DNA of 64,000 nt from Candidatus Krumholzibacteriota bacterium (lineage in GTDB: Bacteria; Krumholzibacteriota; Krumholzibacteriia; Krumholzibacteriales; Krumholzibacteriaceae). The translations under genes were made by a program, and so were the position numbers. This document shows, piece by piece, positions 46,716 through 56,175 of the stretch. How positions within the stretch are numbered: position 1 is the stretch's first letter; each line of letters begins with the position of its first letter. Location of the stretch: contig JBFYZH010000017.1 in assembly GCA_041309605.1 (NCBI GenBank), positions 516-64,515 on the forward strand, given 5' to 3'. A model generated the notes under the pieces. That model searched no databases. It was given only the letters and a program-made list of their open reading frames with translations, and was not told the origin of the DNA.

Positions 46716-49487
46716 TTAAAGACCTTTCTTTATCAAATCCATCGGCTGGATATACTCATCGCCCGATCTGTAACGTATCTCCGTTCTCCTTATCCTGGCA
46801 AGCTCCGCGAAAGCTCCCGGCATCACGGCAAAAAGCAGATCCTTCGGTCCGGGTCTCCCGCCGGATGGCGGAGAGAATCCGAGGATATACCTGTTTTCAC
46901 CCGGGAAAACCCGGCAGCCCTCGCTGCCGCGCTTATTTCCCCTTCTGTCCGAAACAGGTATCCCCGATCCGATGATATGATTGAATCTGCCGCTCAACCA
47001 TCCGGCCGGGTCTTCAAGAAAATCCTCCGGTGAACTGAACGGTCCGCCTGACGATTCGAGACCTTTCCCCAGGCGGGTCCATTCTACACTCGACCGGCAT
47101 GATTTGTCATCTGTTTTGGCAATACGATGGTCGCGGAAATCCATCCTCTCCATTTCCCCGCCGCGCGTTTCCTCCGTCAGGGCGGCATCGTCGATGGACC
47201 CGCCGAGCGCGAACACCAGCGGCGAAAGATCGATTTCGTACCTGTACAGCGCGTCTTCGGAAAGTTTGCCTTCTTTTCTCCCGAAGGGCCCGCCGGATTC
47301 CGTGATCTTTATACCATCCGGCAGAAGGCCCTCGAATACCCGGGGCCCGACTTCGGCGGGACCTGCCAGGTCCACGTCAAAGAATTCGCTTGTCCCCTCG
47401 ACCCCTACGGCCAGGGACGGCCCCATCGAAAGCTTCGGGATGGGATGAAACCCTTCGGTAAAAACCAGCGGAAGGCCGGACCTCCTGAGCGCCCTGTGCA
47501 GCATATTGATGAATTCCCTGTGCGACAGGAATCTCATCCTGCCGGTCTTCTCATAGGTAAAACGATATCTCGACACAGCCGGCCCGTCAAGCCGCGGATT
47601 TTCGTCCTTCAGAGCCCGCGGGGCCGGAGGGTTCGAATCGGCCCTTACCATCACGCCGTCCGAGCCGTCGATCCCTGCCCGAATCTTCCCGGAGTCCGGC
47701 TCCGCGGCACGACCGGCTTTTCTATCATCTTCGCCGCGGCACGCTCCACACCCCGCGCACCCGGATATCCGGCAGTCGGGAGTCAGTTCTTCGGACCAGG
47801 CCTTGCCAAGCTCGGAAAGAAGGTAATTCCTGCTGACCCGCGAACCGAATCGTTCCCATGGAAGATCATCCTCCGTGGAAAATCCGGACAACAGGCCGTC
47901 CAGGGTCATTCCGCGTTCCTCCAGGATCGAGTTCCAAAGGGAAAAATCGAACTGGTCGCGCCAGCCATCGAACCTGCACCCTCTCTCGAAGGCGGCTACG
48001 AGCACGGGCCACAGCGCCTTGGTACCCCTGGCGAAAACACCCTCGATGGCGCAGACCGAGGGATCCCTGAGACTCAACTGAACGCACCTGTGCTGCAGCC
48101 TGGCGGAGAGGTATTTTTCCTTCCCCGCGATCTCGGCCATGGAACACTGCCTGTGCCACTGAAACGGCGTGTGCGCTCTCGGAACGAAGGGGGAAATGGA
48201 CACGTTGAGCGTAAGACGCCTTCCCGCGCGGGGAAGAGCGATGATCTTCCTCACAAGGTCGACTATACCCTGGAGATCCTCGTCGGTTTCCGTCGGCAGG
48301 CCTATCATGAAATAGAGCTTCAGGGTCTGCCAACCGGCATCAAGTATATTGGAGCATCCCTGCAGAATCTCGTCGTCGCTCATCCCCTTGTTAATCACCC
48401 GCCTGAGCCTCATCGTGCCGGCCTCGGGAGCGATCGTGAAACCGGTTTTTCTCACAAGGGCCGAAGCGGCCACCACCTGCCCGCATATGGTCTCCGGTCT
48501 CAGGCTTGGAAGGGATAGGGATACTTTTCGCTCTTGCAGCCGCGGCTCGAGCATCGTCAGCAGCTGCCCGAACCTGGAGTAGTCCGAAGTCGAAAGGGAA
48601 AGGAGCGATACGTCCTCCCACCCCGACGCGTCCAATCCTTCGCACGCTGCACCGACGATTTCATCGACGCTTCGTTCTCTTCTCGGCCGGTATGTCATTC
48701 CCGCCTGGCAAAACCTGCACCCCCTCGTGCACCCGCGGAGCAGCTCCACGGAGAGCCTCTCGTGGACGATTGAAGCGGAAGGAACTATCGGCCTCAGCGG
48801 AAGATCGCCCTCGCGGAAAAGGTACGTCCGCGCTTTTGCCGATTCGGTGAGCCCGTCCACATAGACTCCCTCGATCCCGGCCAGAGCCGCTCTCATCCGC
48901 GTCCTGCAGGCGCCGGAAGCCTTCAGACCCGCAAGAAGATCGACAGCTTCGACGAGCGATTCCTCCCCGTCGCCGAGAAACACCGCGTCGAAAGCGTTTA
49001 TCACCGGCAGCGGGTTCGAGGTGCAGGGTCCGCCGGCGATTACGACCGGCGCGCCATCGCCTCTGGCCGACGCCTCGGAAGCGAGGCCGGCCAGATCGAG
49101 AATCGCGAGGACGTTTGTGTAATGGAGCTCGTACGGGATGGTGAAGCCGATAAGGTCGAACCGGCCGATGGGCGTGCCGGTCTGCCATGAGCGCAAGGGT
49201 TCGCCTGCCAAACGGAGCCTCTTCTCCATGTCCGGCCAGGGCGCGAAAGCGTATTCGACGCCGATACCCCTGCGTGAAAGAACATGATAGAGCAGCCGCA
49301 GTCCCTGGTGCGTCATTCCGATCTCGTAGACATCCGGAAAAACGAGGAGGACGTTGAACCCTCCCCCGGTAAAACCCGCGCTGGACAAATTCAACTCGCG
49401 GTCGATATACCTCGAGGGTTTTTCGACTCCGGGAAGAATACCGTCATAATATACGCCGGCCGGCGTCCGGGAATTCATCATAATCAC
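46716..49487 (-). CDS. fused B12-binding radical SAM protein + DUF2344-like C-terminal domain (TIGR03960/TIGR03936-type as recalled)
   Basis: 923 aa. Contains the CxxxCxxC cluster LLRGCTRGCRFCQAG. The C-terminal third (RYRFTYEKTGRMRFLSHREFINMLHRALRRSGLPLVFTEGFHPIPKLS...) resembles the DUF2344 family. Confidence 0.65.
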   Translation of the reverse strand: MIMMNSRTPAGVYYDGILPGVEKPSRYIDRELNLSSAGFTGGGFNVLLVFPDVYEIGMTHQGLRLLYHVLSRRGIGVEYAFAPWPDMEKRLRLAGEPLRSWQTGTPIGRFDLIGFTIPYELHYTNVLAILDLAGLASEASARGDGAPVVIAGGPCTSNPLPVINAFDAVFLGDGEESLVEAVDLLAGLKASGACRTRMRAALAGIEGVYVDGLTESAKARTYLFREGDLPLRPIVPSASIVHERLSVELLRGCTRGCRFCQAGMTYRPRRERSVDEIVGAACEGLDASGWEDVSLLSLSTSDYSRFGQLLTMLEPRLQERKVSLSLPSLRPETICGQVVAASALVRKTGFTIAPEAGTMRLRRVINKGMSDDEILQGCSNILDAGWQTLKLYFMIGLPTETDEDLQGIVDLVRKIIALPRAGRRLTLNVSISPFVPRAHTPFQWHRQCSMAEIAGKEKYLSARLQHRCVQLSLRDPSVCAIEGVFARGTKALWPVLVAAFERGCRFDGWRDQFDFSLWNSILEERGMTLDGLLSGFSTEDDLPWERFGSRVSRNYLLSELGKAWSEELTPDCRISGCAGCGACRGEDDRKAGRAAEPDSGKIRAGIDGSDGVMVRADSNPPAPRALKDENPRLDGPAVSRYRFTYEKTGRMRFLSHREFINMLHRALRRSGLPLVFTEGFHPIPKLSMGPSLAVGVEGTSEFFDVDLAGPAEVGPRVFEGLLPDGIKITESGGPFGRKEGKLSEDALYRYEIDLSPLVFALGGSIDDAALTEETRGGEMERMDFRDHRIAKTDDKSCRSSVEWTRLGKGLESSGGPFSSPEDFLEDPAGWLSGRFNHIIGSGIPVSDRRGNKRGSEGCRVFPGENRYILGFSPPSGGRPGPKDLLFAVMPGAFAELARIRRTEIRYRSGDEYIQPMDLIKKGL

Positions 49488-49491
49488 AGCG

Positions 49492-50880
49492 TCAGACTTC
49501 TCCGCCGACCGTTATGCCCGGTATCCTCAGGGTTGGCTGCGCGTCGGAAACGGGAACGTGCTGCCCGTCCTTGCCGCATGTGCCTATGTCGAAACCGAGA
49601 TCATTTCCCACCATATCGATATCCTTGAGCACCGCCGGGCCGTTACCTATCAGGGTGGCGCCCCGCACGGGCCTGGTCACTTTTCCGTTTTCTATCAGAT
49701 ACGCCTCATTGACTTTGAACACGAAATCGCCGCTGGACGTGTCGACCTGGCCGCCGCCCATCCTGACGACATACAGCCCGTAATCGACGCTCGATATGAT
49801 CTCCGAGGGATCGTGCCGTCCCGGAGCGATCATCGTGTTGCTCATTCTTACTATCGGCCTGAACCTGTAGTTCTGGCGCCGTCCGTTCCCCGTCGATTCG
49901 AGACCCGTTTTTTTCGCGACCCGCCTGTCCAGCAGATATTTCTTCAACACGCCGTTCTCCACGGACACGGTCCTGCCTGCGCTGACGCCCTCATCGTCGA
50001 AAACATACGAACCCCTCCGCCCTTCAAGCGTGGCGTCGTCGACCACCGTTACAAGGGGGGATGCGACCTGGCGCCCCGTCTTTCCACTGTAGATCGAAAG
50101 GCCCTTCTCGGCTGCGTCCCCTTCGAGGCCGTGCCCGATCGCTTCGTGGACCATCGTCCCCCCTGCCTGGCTGGCCAGCACGACCGTCATCGTTCCCGCG
50201 GGAGAGTGGTCCGAATGCAGTATCTTCACGGCACTTTCGCTTGCTTCCACGGCGAGGGCCCGCACCCGGTCCCCATCCAGAAATTCGAATCCCTTTCTTC
50301 CCCCTATCGATCTGTATGCCGTCTGGATATCCCTCGAAGCGGTGGCGACCGCCCTGACGTTGAAGATCAGCTGCCGCCGGTCGTCGCCGACCGCCACCCC
50401 TTCGCTGTTGAAGATACGGACCGTCTGTACCATGTCGCCGAAATTCACCCTCACCTGGGTTACCTCGCCGCTCACCGCTCTAGCCGCCCTGTCGGCCTCC
50501 ACGACCCTCGATATCTTTTCATCGAGGGAGACATCCTCCGCCGGAATGGAGACGGCTCCCGTGGTTCCCAGCTTCATCTCTCCCGGCGAAGCCATGCCGC
50601 CCGGGTTCTTCTCGATATCCTTCAGCACCGCCTTGCCGAGCCTGAACAATTCCTCGGCGCTGATCACGTTGGAATATCCATAGGCCGTCCTGTCCCCCGC
50701 GATCACTCTCAACCCGAAACCGGTATCCTTGCCGCTGGAAATGTTCTCGATCTTTCCGTCCTCGCAACTTATCGAATGCACGAGTCTCGATTCGAAAAAG
50801 AGCTCCGCGAAAGAACCGCCTCCGGAGATGACGCTCTCCAGGGCTTCCTCAATCCGTCCTCGTGAAGGCAGCTCGATCAT
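49492..50880 (-). CDS. tldD: TldD/PmbA-family metalloprotease
   Basis: MVHEAIGHGLEGD (HExxxH) and GFGLRVIAGDRTAYGYSN. Start chosen at MIELPSRG so that it abuts the purF stop. Confidence 0.75.
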   Translation of the reverse strand: MIELPSRGRIEEALESVISGGGSFAELFFESRLVHSISCEDGKIENISSGKDTGFGLRVIAGDRTAYGYSNVISAEELFRLGKAVLKDIEKNPGGMASPGEMKLGTTGAVSIPAEDVSLDEKISRVVEADRAARAVSGEVTQVRVNFGDMVQTVRIFNSEGVAVGDDRRQLIFNVRAVATASRDIQTAYRSIGGRKGFEFLDGDRVRALAVEASESAVKILHSDHSPAGTMTVVLASQAGGTMVHEAIGHGLEGDAAEKGLSIYSGKTGRQVASPLVTVVDDATLEGRRGSYVFDDEGVSAGRTVSVENGVLKKYLLDRRVAKKTGLESTGNGRRQNYRFRPIVRMSNTMIAPGRHDPSEIISSVDYGLYVVRMGGGQVDTSSGDFVFKVNEAYLIENGKVTRPVRGATLIGNGPAVLKDIDMVGNDLGFDIGTCGKDGQHVPVSDAQPTLRIPGITVGGEV

Positions 50881-52304
50881 TTCACGGATTTCCTCCCGGG
50901 CGTGGAATCGTCCCCGCATCCCGTCTTCCGGTCGAACACGTCCTTCCTGTACTCCCCTTCACGCACGACCGGATAATGCCCCGTGAAGCACGTGGTACAA
51001 TAGTTTTGAGGATCTTCGACGCACGAAAGCAGCCCCTCCTTCGAAAGGTACCGCAGGCTTTCCACTCCCAGAAAGTCCCGGATCCCCTCGATCGAATTCG
51101 TTGACGCTATCAGCTCCGACCTGGTCGGAGTGTCGATGCCGTAATAACAGGAATGGGTTATGGGGGGGGACCCTATTCTCAGATGCACTTCGGCCGCACC
51201 CGCCTCTCTTATGAGTGAAACCAGTTTCCTCATCGTCGAACCTCGGACTATGGAATCGTCGATGACCGCCACTCTTCTGCCCTTGAGAACCCCTTTCACG
51301 GGATTGAACTTGATGCGCACGTCCCAGTCCCTGTCGCTCTGTTTCGGCTGGATGAACGTCCTGCCGACATAGTGGTTTCTGATAAGTCCGAGTTCATAAG
51401 GAAGTCTAGACTGCTCGGCGAATCCGAGAGCGATCGTGTTGCTCGAATCCGGAACCGAGATCACGATATCGGCGTGTGCGGGAGACTCTTCGGCCAGCTT
51501 TCTGCCGAGCCTGCGCCTGACCTTGTCGACGTTCTCGCCGAACACCCTGCTATCCGGCCTTGAGAAGTAAATGAATTCGAAAATGCACTTTGAGAGCCTT
51601 TCGGCCGGCGGCGCGTATCTCAGCGATTGAATTCCGTCTTTCGATACCGTGACCAGTTCGCCGGGTTCGACCTCCCTGACATATTCCGCGCCAAGTATGT
51701 CGAAAGCACAGCTTTCGGAAGCCGCTATCGTAACGTCCCCACACCCACCCAGGCAGAGCGGCCTGAACCCGTGAGGATCTCTCGCGGCGATTATTTTGTC
51801 CTTCGTCATGAAGATCAGCGAGAAGGCTCCCCTGACCTGTTCGAGTGCGTCGATTATCATCTTTTCGACGCCGTCCTTCCTGCTCTTCGCTATCAGGTGC
51901 AGGATCACCTCGCTGTCCATCGTGCTGCTGAAGATCGAGCCGTCGTCCTCCATCTTTTCCCTCAGTTCGACGGCGTTGACTAGATTGCCGTTATGCGCGA
52001 CGGCGATCTTTCCTATCTTGCAGTCGACAAGAAACGGCTGCGTGTTCACGACGTTGGAGATGCCGGTCGTGGAATACCTGTTGTGGCCGACCGCCATATG
52101 CCCCTTGAGCCCGTCCAGGATCTGCTCGGAGAACACTTTCGAGACAAGGCCCATCGCCTTGTGCTCGTACATCCTCCTTCCGTCGGAGGTTATAATACCG
52201 CTGCTTTCCTGCCCGCGATGCTGGAGGGAATAGAGACCGAGGTACGCCATATGAGCCGCGTCTTCGCTGCCGAATATGCCGAAAATCGCGCATTCCTCTT
52301 TCAA
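50877..52304 (-). CDS. purF: amidophosphoribosyltransferase
   Basis: MKEECAIFGIFG (N-terminal nucleophile Cys), a PRTase motif VIDDSIVRGST, and C-terminal Fe-S cysteines. Confidence 0.9.
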   Translation of the reverse strand: MKEECAIFGIFGSEDAAHMAYLGLYSLQHRGQESSGIITSDGRRMYEHKAMGLVSKVFSEQILDGLKGHMAVGHNRYSTTGISNVVNTQPFLVDCKIGKIAVAHNGNLVNAVELREKMEDDGSIFSSTMDSEVILHLIAKSRKDGVEKMIIDALEQVRGAFSLIFMTKDKIIAARDPHGFRPLCLGGCGDVTIAASESCAFDILGAEYVREVEPGELVTVSKDGIQSLRYAPPAERLSKCIFEFIYFSRPDSRVFGENVDKVRRRLGRKLAEESPAHADIVISVPDSSNTIALGFAEQSRLPYELGLIRNHYVGRTFIQPKQSDRDWDVRIKFNPVKGVLKGRRVAVIDDSIVRGSTMRKLVSLIREAGAAEVHLRIGSPPITHSCYYGIDTPTRSELIASTNSIEGIRDFLGVESLRYLSKEGLLSCVEDPQNYCTTCFTGHYPVVREGEYRKDVFDRKTGCGDDSTPGRKSVK

Positions 52305-52933
52305 GCTTTCGACCCCTTTCCGCCTCCGACTGCCGTTACGCCGATGAACTCGTATTGCTGGTAATGAGGATTGAGCAGAAGACCCTCCCTCCTGGACCTT
52401 GTCACTGCCATCCGCTCCACCATGCGTTTCGCGCTCTTTTCATCCTGAGAATCGCAGATGACTCTCCAGACTTCGCCGGCTTTCATCGCCGACACTTCGA
52501 CTCCGGACAGCCTCCCATTGAGCCGCGAAGAGAATCCCTCCTCCCGGCCTCCGTCTTTTTCCCTTATAAGAAGATCCCATGCGAAAACCCCGGCTGACCG
52601 GCCGCGTTTTCCCGCGATCACCGGGAAATCCCTGTCGAGAATCAGGTCTCCACGGACGGAATCCATTTCCGCTCCCGGCCGCATGAAACCTCGCAGGGAA
52701 TAGCAATGCTTGTTCTGGTTGGTGAAAGCGCCGTCGAGTTTCACGACCCTGTCGATCTCATCGAGGATGCTTTTCCCGTCCGTGCCATCGGCGTCCATGG
52801 CCCAGTAGGAATAACGGACTATCCCCTGGAGTATCCCGGCGAAGTCGAGCTTCTCGGTCAAAGTCATCCAGGCGGTCTGCGCAACGAGGTCCGCCACCTT
52901 GAGCCTTACCCGGAGTTCCACATTGATCTTCAT
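52301..52933 (-). CDS. purS: PurS-like protein with two tandem PurS-type repeats (210 aa)
   Basis: The first 85 aa parallel PurS (ELRVRLKV.DLVAQ...L..LDFAGILQGIVRYSYWAM); a second weaker repeat follows. Position between purQ and purF, with 4-nt overlaps on both sides. Confidence 0.45.
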   Translation of the reverse strand: MKINVELRVRLKVADLVAQTAWMTLTEKLDFAGILQGIVRYSYWAMDADGTDGKSILDEIDRVVKLDGAFTNQNKHCYSLRGFMRPGAEMDSVRGDLILDRDFPVIAGKRGRSAGVFAWDLLIREKDGGREEGFSSRLNGRLSGVEVSAMKAGEVWRVICDSQDEKSAKRMVERMAVTRSRREGLLLNPHYQQYEFIGVTAVGGGKGSKA

Positions 52934-53799
52934 CTGCCCGCCTCCTTCCCCTGCCCTCCGGACTTTTCGCGAACGTGCCCCGCGATCGAGAGGAGGGACG
53001 AGAAGAAAGTTCTGCCGGGACCCGGCTCTTCCATCCTTTCAAACTTGCCCGAAGCCTGGTTTCTCTTCCTTCCCCAAGAACCGGGCAGGTCTTCGGGAAC
53101 CTGCCTGAGCCAGCTGGCCCTTTCAGGATGGGGCATCATCGCGAGCACGTTGCCATCGGGGTTGCAAACCCCGGCTATATTCTCCACCGAACCGTTCGGA
53201 TTGACCGGAAACCCGCCGTCGATCCCCCCCCTGTCGGTGCAATAGCGAAGGGCGATCTGTCCGTTTTTCTTCATTTGTTCGAGAATGCCGCTGTCGCCGG
53301 TCACGAACCTGCCCTCGGCGTGAGCTATCGGCACGGGAACCACTTCTTTCCTGGCAAATGCGCCTGTCCACACGCAGCGGGAATCCTCGTTTCTCAGGAA
53401 TACCCAGTCGCAGTAGTACCCATCCCTGTCCGCCATGACGTTGGGCGCAAGGGCAAGGTCTACACTTTCCCAGTGGATTCCCGGGATGAAACCCGATTCG
53501 ACCAGAACCTGCGCGCCGTTGCAGATCCCCAGAACGGGCCTCCCCTGCGCGGCGATCCGGCTCAGCTTGTCCATTATATGATCCTTGGCCGCCACCACTC
53601 CGGCCCTGATCCTGTCCTGGTAGGAAAAACCTCCGGGCAGTATGACGGCCAGGGTTTCCTCGAGAAGAACCGGATCCTCGTTCCAGCGGAACAGGTCGGC
53701 TTCGATCCCCACCGCCCTGACGGCGTCCGCCGTCTCGTATTCACAGTTCACCCCTGGAAACTGGATTATCGCCACCTTTCCCTTGAAGGATCTGGCCAC
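52930..53799 (-). CDS. purQ: phosphoribosylformylglycinamidine synthase glutaminase subunit
   Basis: KVAIIQFPGVNCEYETADAV...PVLGICNGAQVL...MMPHPER (GATase1 Cys-His-Glu). Confidence 0.85.
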   Translation of the reverse strand: MARSFKGKVAIIQFPGVNCEYETADAVRAVGIEADLFRWNEDPVLLEETLAVILPGGFSYQDRIRAGVVAAKDHIMDKLSRIAAQGRPVLGICNGAQVLVESGFIPGIHWESVDLALAPNVMADRDGYYCDWVFLRNEDSRCVWTGAFARKEVVPVPIAHAEGRFVTGDSGILEQMKKNGQIALRYCTDRGGIDGGFPVNPNGSVENIAGVCNPDGNVLAMMPHPERASWLRQVPEDLPGSWGRKRNQASGKFERMEEPGPGRTFFSSLLSIAGHVREKSGGQGKEAGR

Positions 53800-56175
53800 T
53801 CAATCTCCTTTCCCGACACCGAAAATATTACGGCAGCCGTTCATGAAAGCTTCGCGCATTATCCGGTGTTCCCAGGCGGCCAGTCTTCGTCCGCCCGAAA
53901 TCACTTCAAGCTTGGACGCCGTGGACAACGTGCCGACCCGGTAAAGCTTCACCCTGTTTCTCGCGCACAAGGCGAGCACTTCCCTCTCGATGCCGGGAGG
54001 CAGTTCGACGAGGAATCCCCCCGTTTCGGAAAAAAGAACCTTTTCGGCGCTCAGCCCGCAGGGTAAAAATTCGTCCAGATCGAGCACGAGGCCCGGTCCA
54101 TCCTGTTTTCCGTCCCCTATGATCATCTCGGCAATCGCGGCAAGAAGCCCGCCCTGGGATGTGTCATGACAGGCTTTGATCCAGCCGAGCCCGTGCATCT
54201 CGATGACGGTCCTTATCTGATTGCGCTCGCGCACGAAGTCGGCCTCGGGAACGTTGGCTCCGAGCGTATCGTATATGACACGGTAATATTCGCCGCCCCC
54301 AAGTTCATCGAGGGGCTGTCCTATGTAATAGACCTCGTCCCCTTCCGTCTTGAACCGCAACGAACGGCATTTCGAGTAATCCTCGACGACCCCCACGCAG
54401 GCGATTATGGGAGACGGCGGAACGGCATTGCCGCTTTCACCCTGGTTGTAGAAGCTGACATTCCCCGAGACGATCGGAAGCGGATGCCCCTCATGGGAAA
54501 GAAGACCGATACCCCTGCATGCGTCCCCGATCCCCCTGACTCCCTCGTAGAATTCCCAGAACACTTCCTCCTTCTCGGGGTTCCCGTAGTTCAGGCAGTC
54601 GGTAACCGTCGAAGGCACGGCGCCCACGGCGGCGACGTTTCGTGCCGCCTCGCATATCGCCAGCGCCCCCCCCTGGTATGGATCGATAATTCCATAGCGA
54701 GGGATCCCGCCGACAGCGACGGCGAGCCCCGTCTTCCGGCCGGGCAGAGGGGCTATCACGCATGCGTCCGCTTCGCCGGGTCTTATCACGGCGCGGCCCT
54801 GGACCTCCGAATCGTAGTGCCTGAAAACATGGTTTTTCGAGGCGATATTGGGCGACGAGAGCACTTTCAGGGAATCGTCATGAAGCGAACGGCCTTCCTG
54901 CAACAACGGTTCCTCGAAGAATATTCTGCGGCTCTTCCTTGGCCGGTCGTAGGCTATGCCCGTGGTGATGACGTTGACCGGCGCTTCACATACGACATCG
55001 CCTTTTGAAACTATCGAATAGGTTTTTTCCACCGTTACGTCGGCTATCACGAACGCCCCCGCACCGTGGTAGATATGAGGCAGGTCGAAATCCACGTTGT
55101 ATATCCTCTGAACTTCGTCGACGAAATCCCCGGGTACCGCGAGAGCGTAACGTTCCTGCGTTTCCGAGCAGGCCACCACGGCCGGCGGAAAATGTCCGGC
55201 GGCCACGTTTACCATGTCGAGGTCTATCCTGACACCGAACCCGCCGGCGTCGGCCAGTTCGGAGGTCACGCACGAGATGCCGCCGGCGCCGAGGTCCTTG
55301 AATCCGATCGCTATCCCGCGTTCTGCCGCCAGATCGAGCACCTTCCGGTTGGCCACGGTAAGGACCCTCTTGAGGAACGGATCGGGTACCTGTACGGCGC
55401 CCCTGTTCGTCTCTTCCTCGCCGGCCAGATCCTCGGACGCGAAAGCGGCTCCGCCGAATCCCGAATCGTCCGTGGGTTTGCCGACCAGCACGATCTTGTA
55501 GGGTTTTTCGGCCGCTTCCTTCGGCACCCTGCTTCGTATAAGCCTCGACTCCTTCACGATGCCGAGCGCGACGACGTTCACAAGGCAGTTTTCGTCGAAC
55601 CCCCTGTCGAACACGACGTCTCCGCCGAGGTTCGGCACGCCGAGAGCGTTGCCGTACTGCGCGATGCCGTCCACGACTCCCCGTGCGATCGCCATCGTCT
55701 GGCGCGCGTTGTCGCCTTCGGGATCGCCGAATCGCAGGGGGTCCAGGACTCCGACCACGTCGGCCCCCATGCAGTAGACATCCCTGACGATGCCGCCGAT
55801 TCCAGTAGCCGCTCCCTCGACCGGAAGCACCTGTGAAGGATGATTATGGCTCTCGTGAGCTATGACCACGCAGTGCCAGTCACCGTCGCCGGTCTCGGCG
55901 AACCTTATCACGCCTGCGTCCTCGCCGGGTCCCATCACGACGTTGGGAGCTTTTGTCGGAAGCATTTCGCCGAGGATCTTCCTGCTGCTCTTGTAGCTGC
56001 AGTGCTCGCTCCACATTGTGTTGAAGATCGTCAGCTCGACGATCGTCGGATCCCTCTCTAGAAGTTCGCAGACCCTGCGAGCCTCGCCGAGCGTGAGGTT
56101 GAGCCCCTTTTCCCTGAGCGACTCCAGGACCTGTGAATCGGTCCTGCCCGTAATCCTGACGGTTCCTTTCAGCAA
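53800..56175 (-). CDS. purL: phosphoribosylformylglycinamidine synthase subunit PurL
   Basis: ELTIFNTMWSEHCSYKSS and duplicated AIRS-like domains. The upstream part of the ORF (from 56292) would overlap purB by 124 nt. A TTG at 56175 gives MLKGTVRITG..., leaving about 36 aa before the conserved block. Confidence 0.8.
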   Translation of the reverse strand: MLKGTVRITGRTDSQVLESLREKGLNLTLGEARRVCELLERDPTIVELTIFNTMWSEHCSYKSSRKILGEMLPTKAPNVVMGPGEDAGVIRFAETGDGDWHCVVIAHESHNHPSQVLPVEGAATGIGGIVRDVYCMGADVVGVLDPLRFGDPEGDNARQTMAIARGVVDGIAQYGNALGVPNLGGDVVFDRGFDENCLVNVVALGIVKESRLIRSRVPKEAAEKPYKIVLVGKPTDDSGFGGAAFASEDLAGEEETNRGAVQVPDPFLKRVLTVANRKVLDLAAERGIAIGFKDLGAGGISCVTSELADAGGFGVRIDLDMVNVAAGHFPPAVVACSETQERYALAVPGDFVDEVQRIYNVDFDLPHIYHGAGAFVIADVTVEKTYSIVSKGDVVCEAPVNVITTGIAYDRPRKSRRIFFEEPLLQEGRSLHDDSLKVLSSPNIASKNHVFRHYDSEVQGRAVIRPGEADACVIAPLPGRKTGLAVAVGGIPRYGIIDPYQGGALAICEAARNVAAVGAVPSTVTDCLNYGNPEKEEVFWEFYEGVRGIGDACRGIGLLSHEGHPLPIVSGNVSFYNQGESGNAVPPSPIIACVGVVEDYSKCRSLRFKTEGDEVYYIGQPLDELGGGEYYRVIYDTLGANVPEADFVRERNQIRTVIEMHGLGWIKACHDTSQGGLLAAIAEMIIGDGKQDGPGLVLDLDEFLPCGLSAEKVLFSETGGFLVELPPGIEREVLALCARNRVKLYRVGTLSTASKLEVISGGRRLAAWEHRIMREAFMNGCRNIFGVGKGD

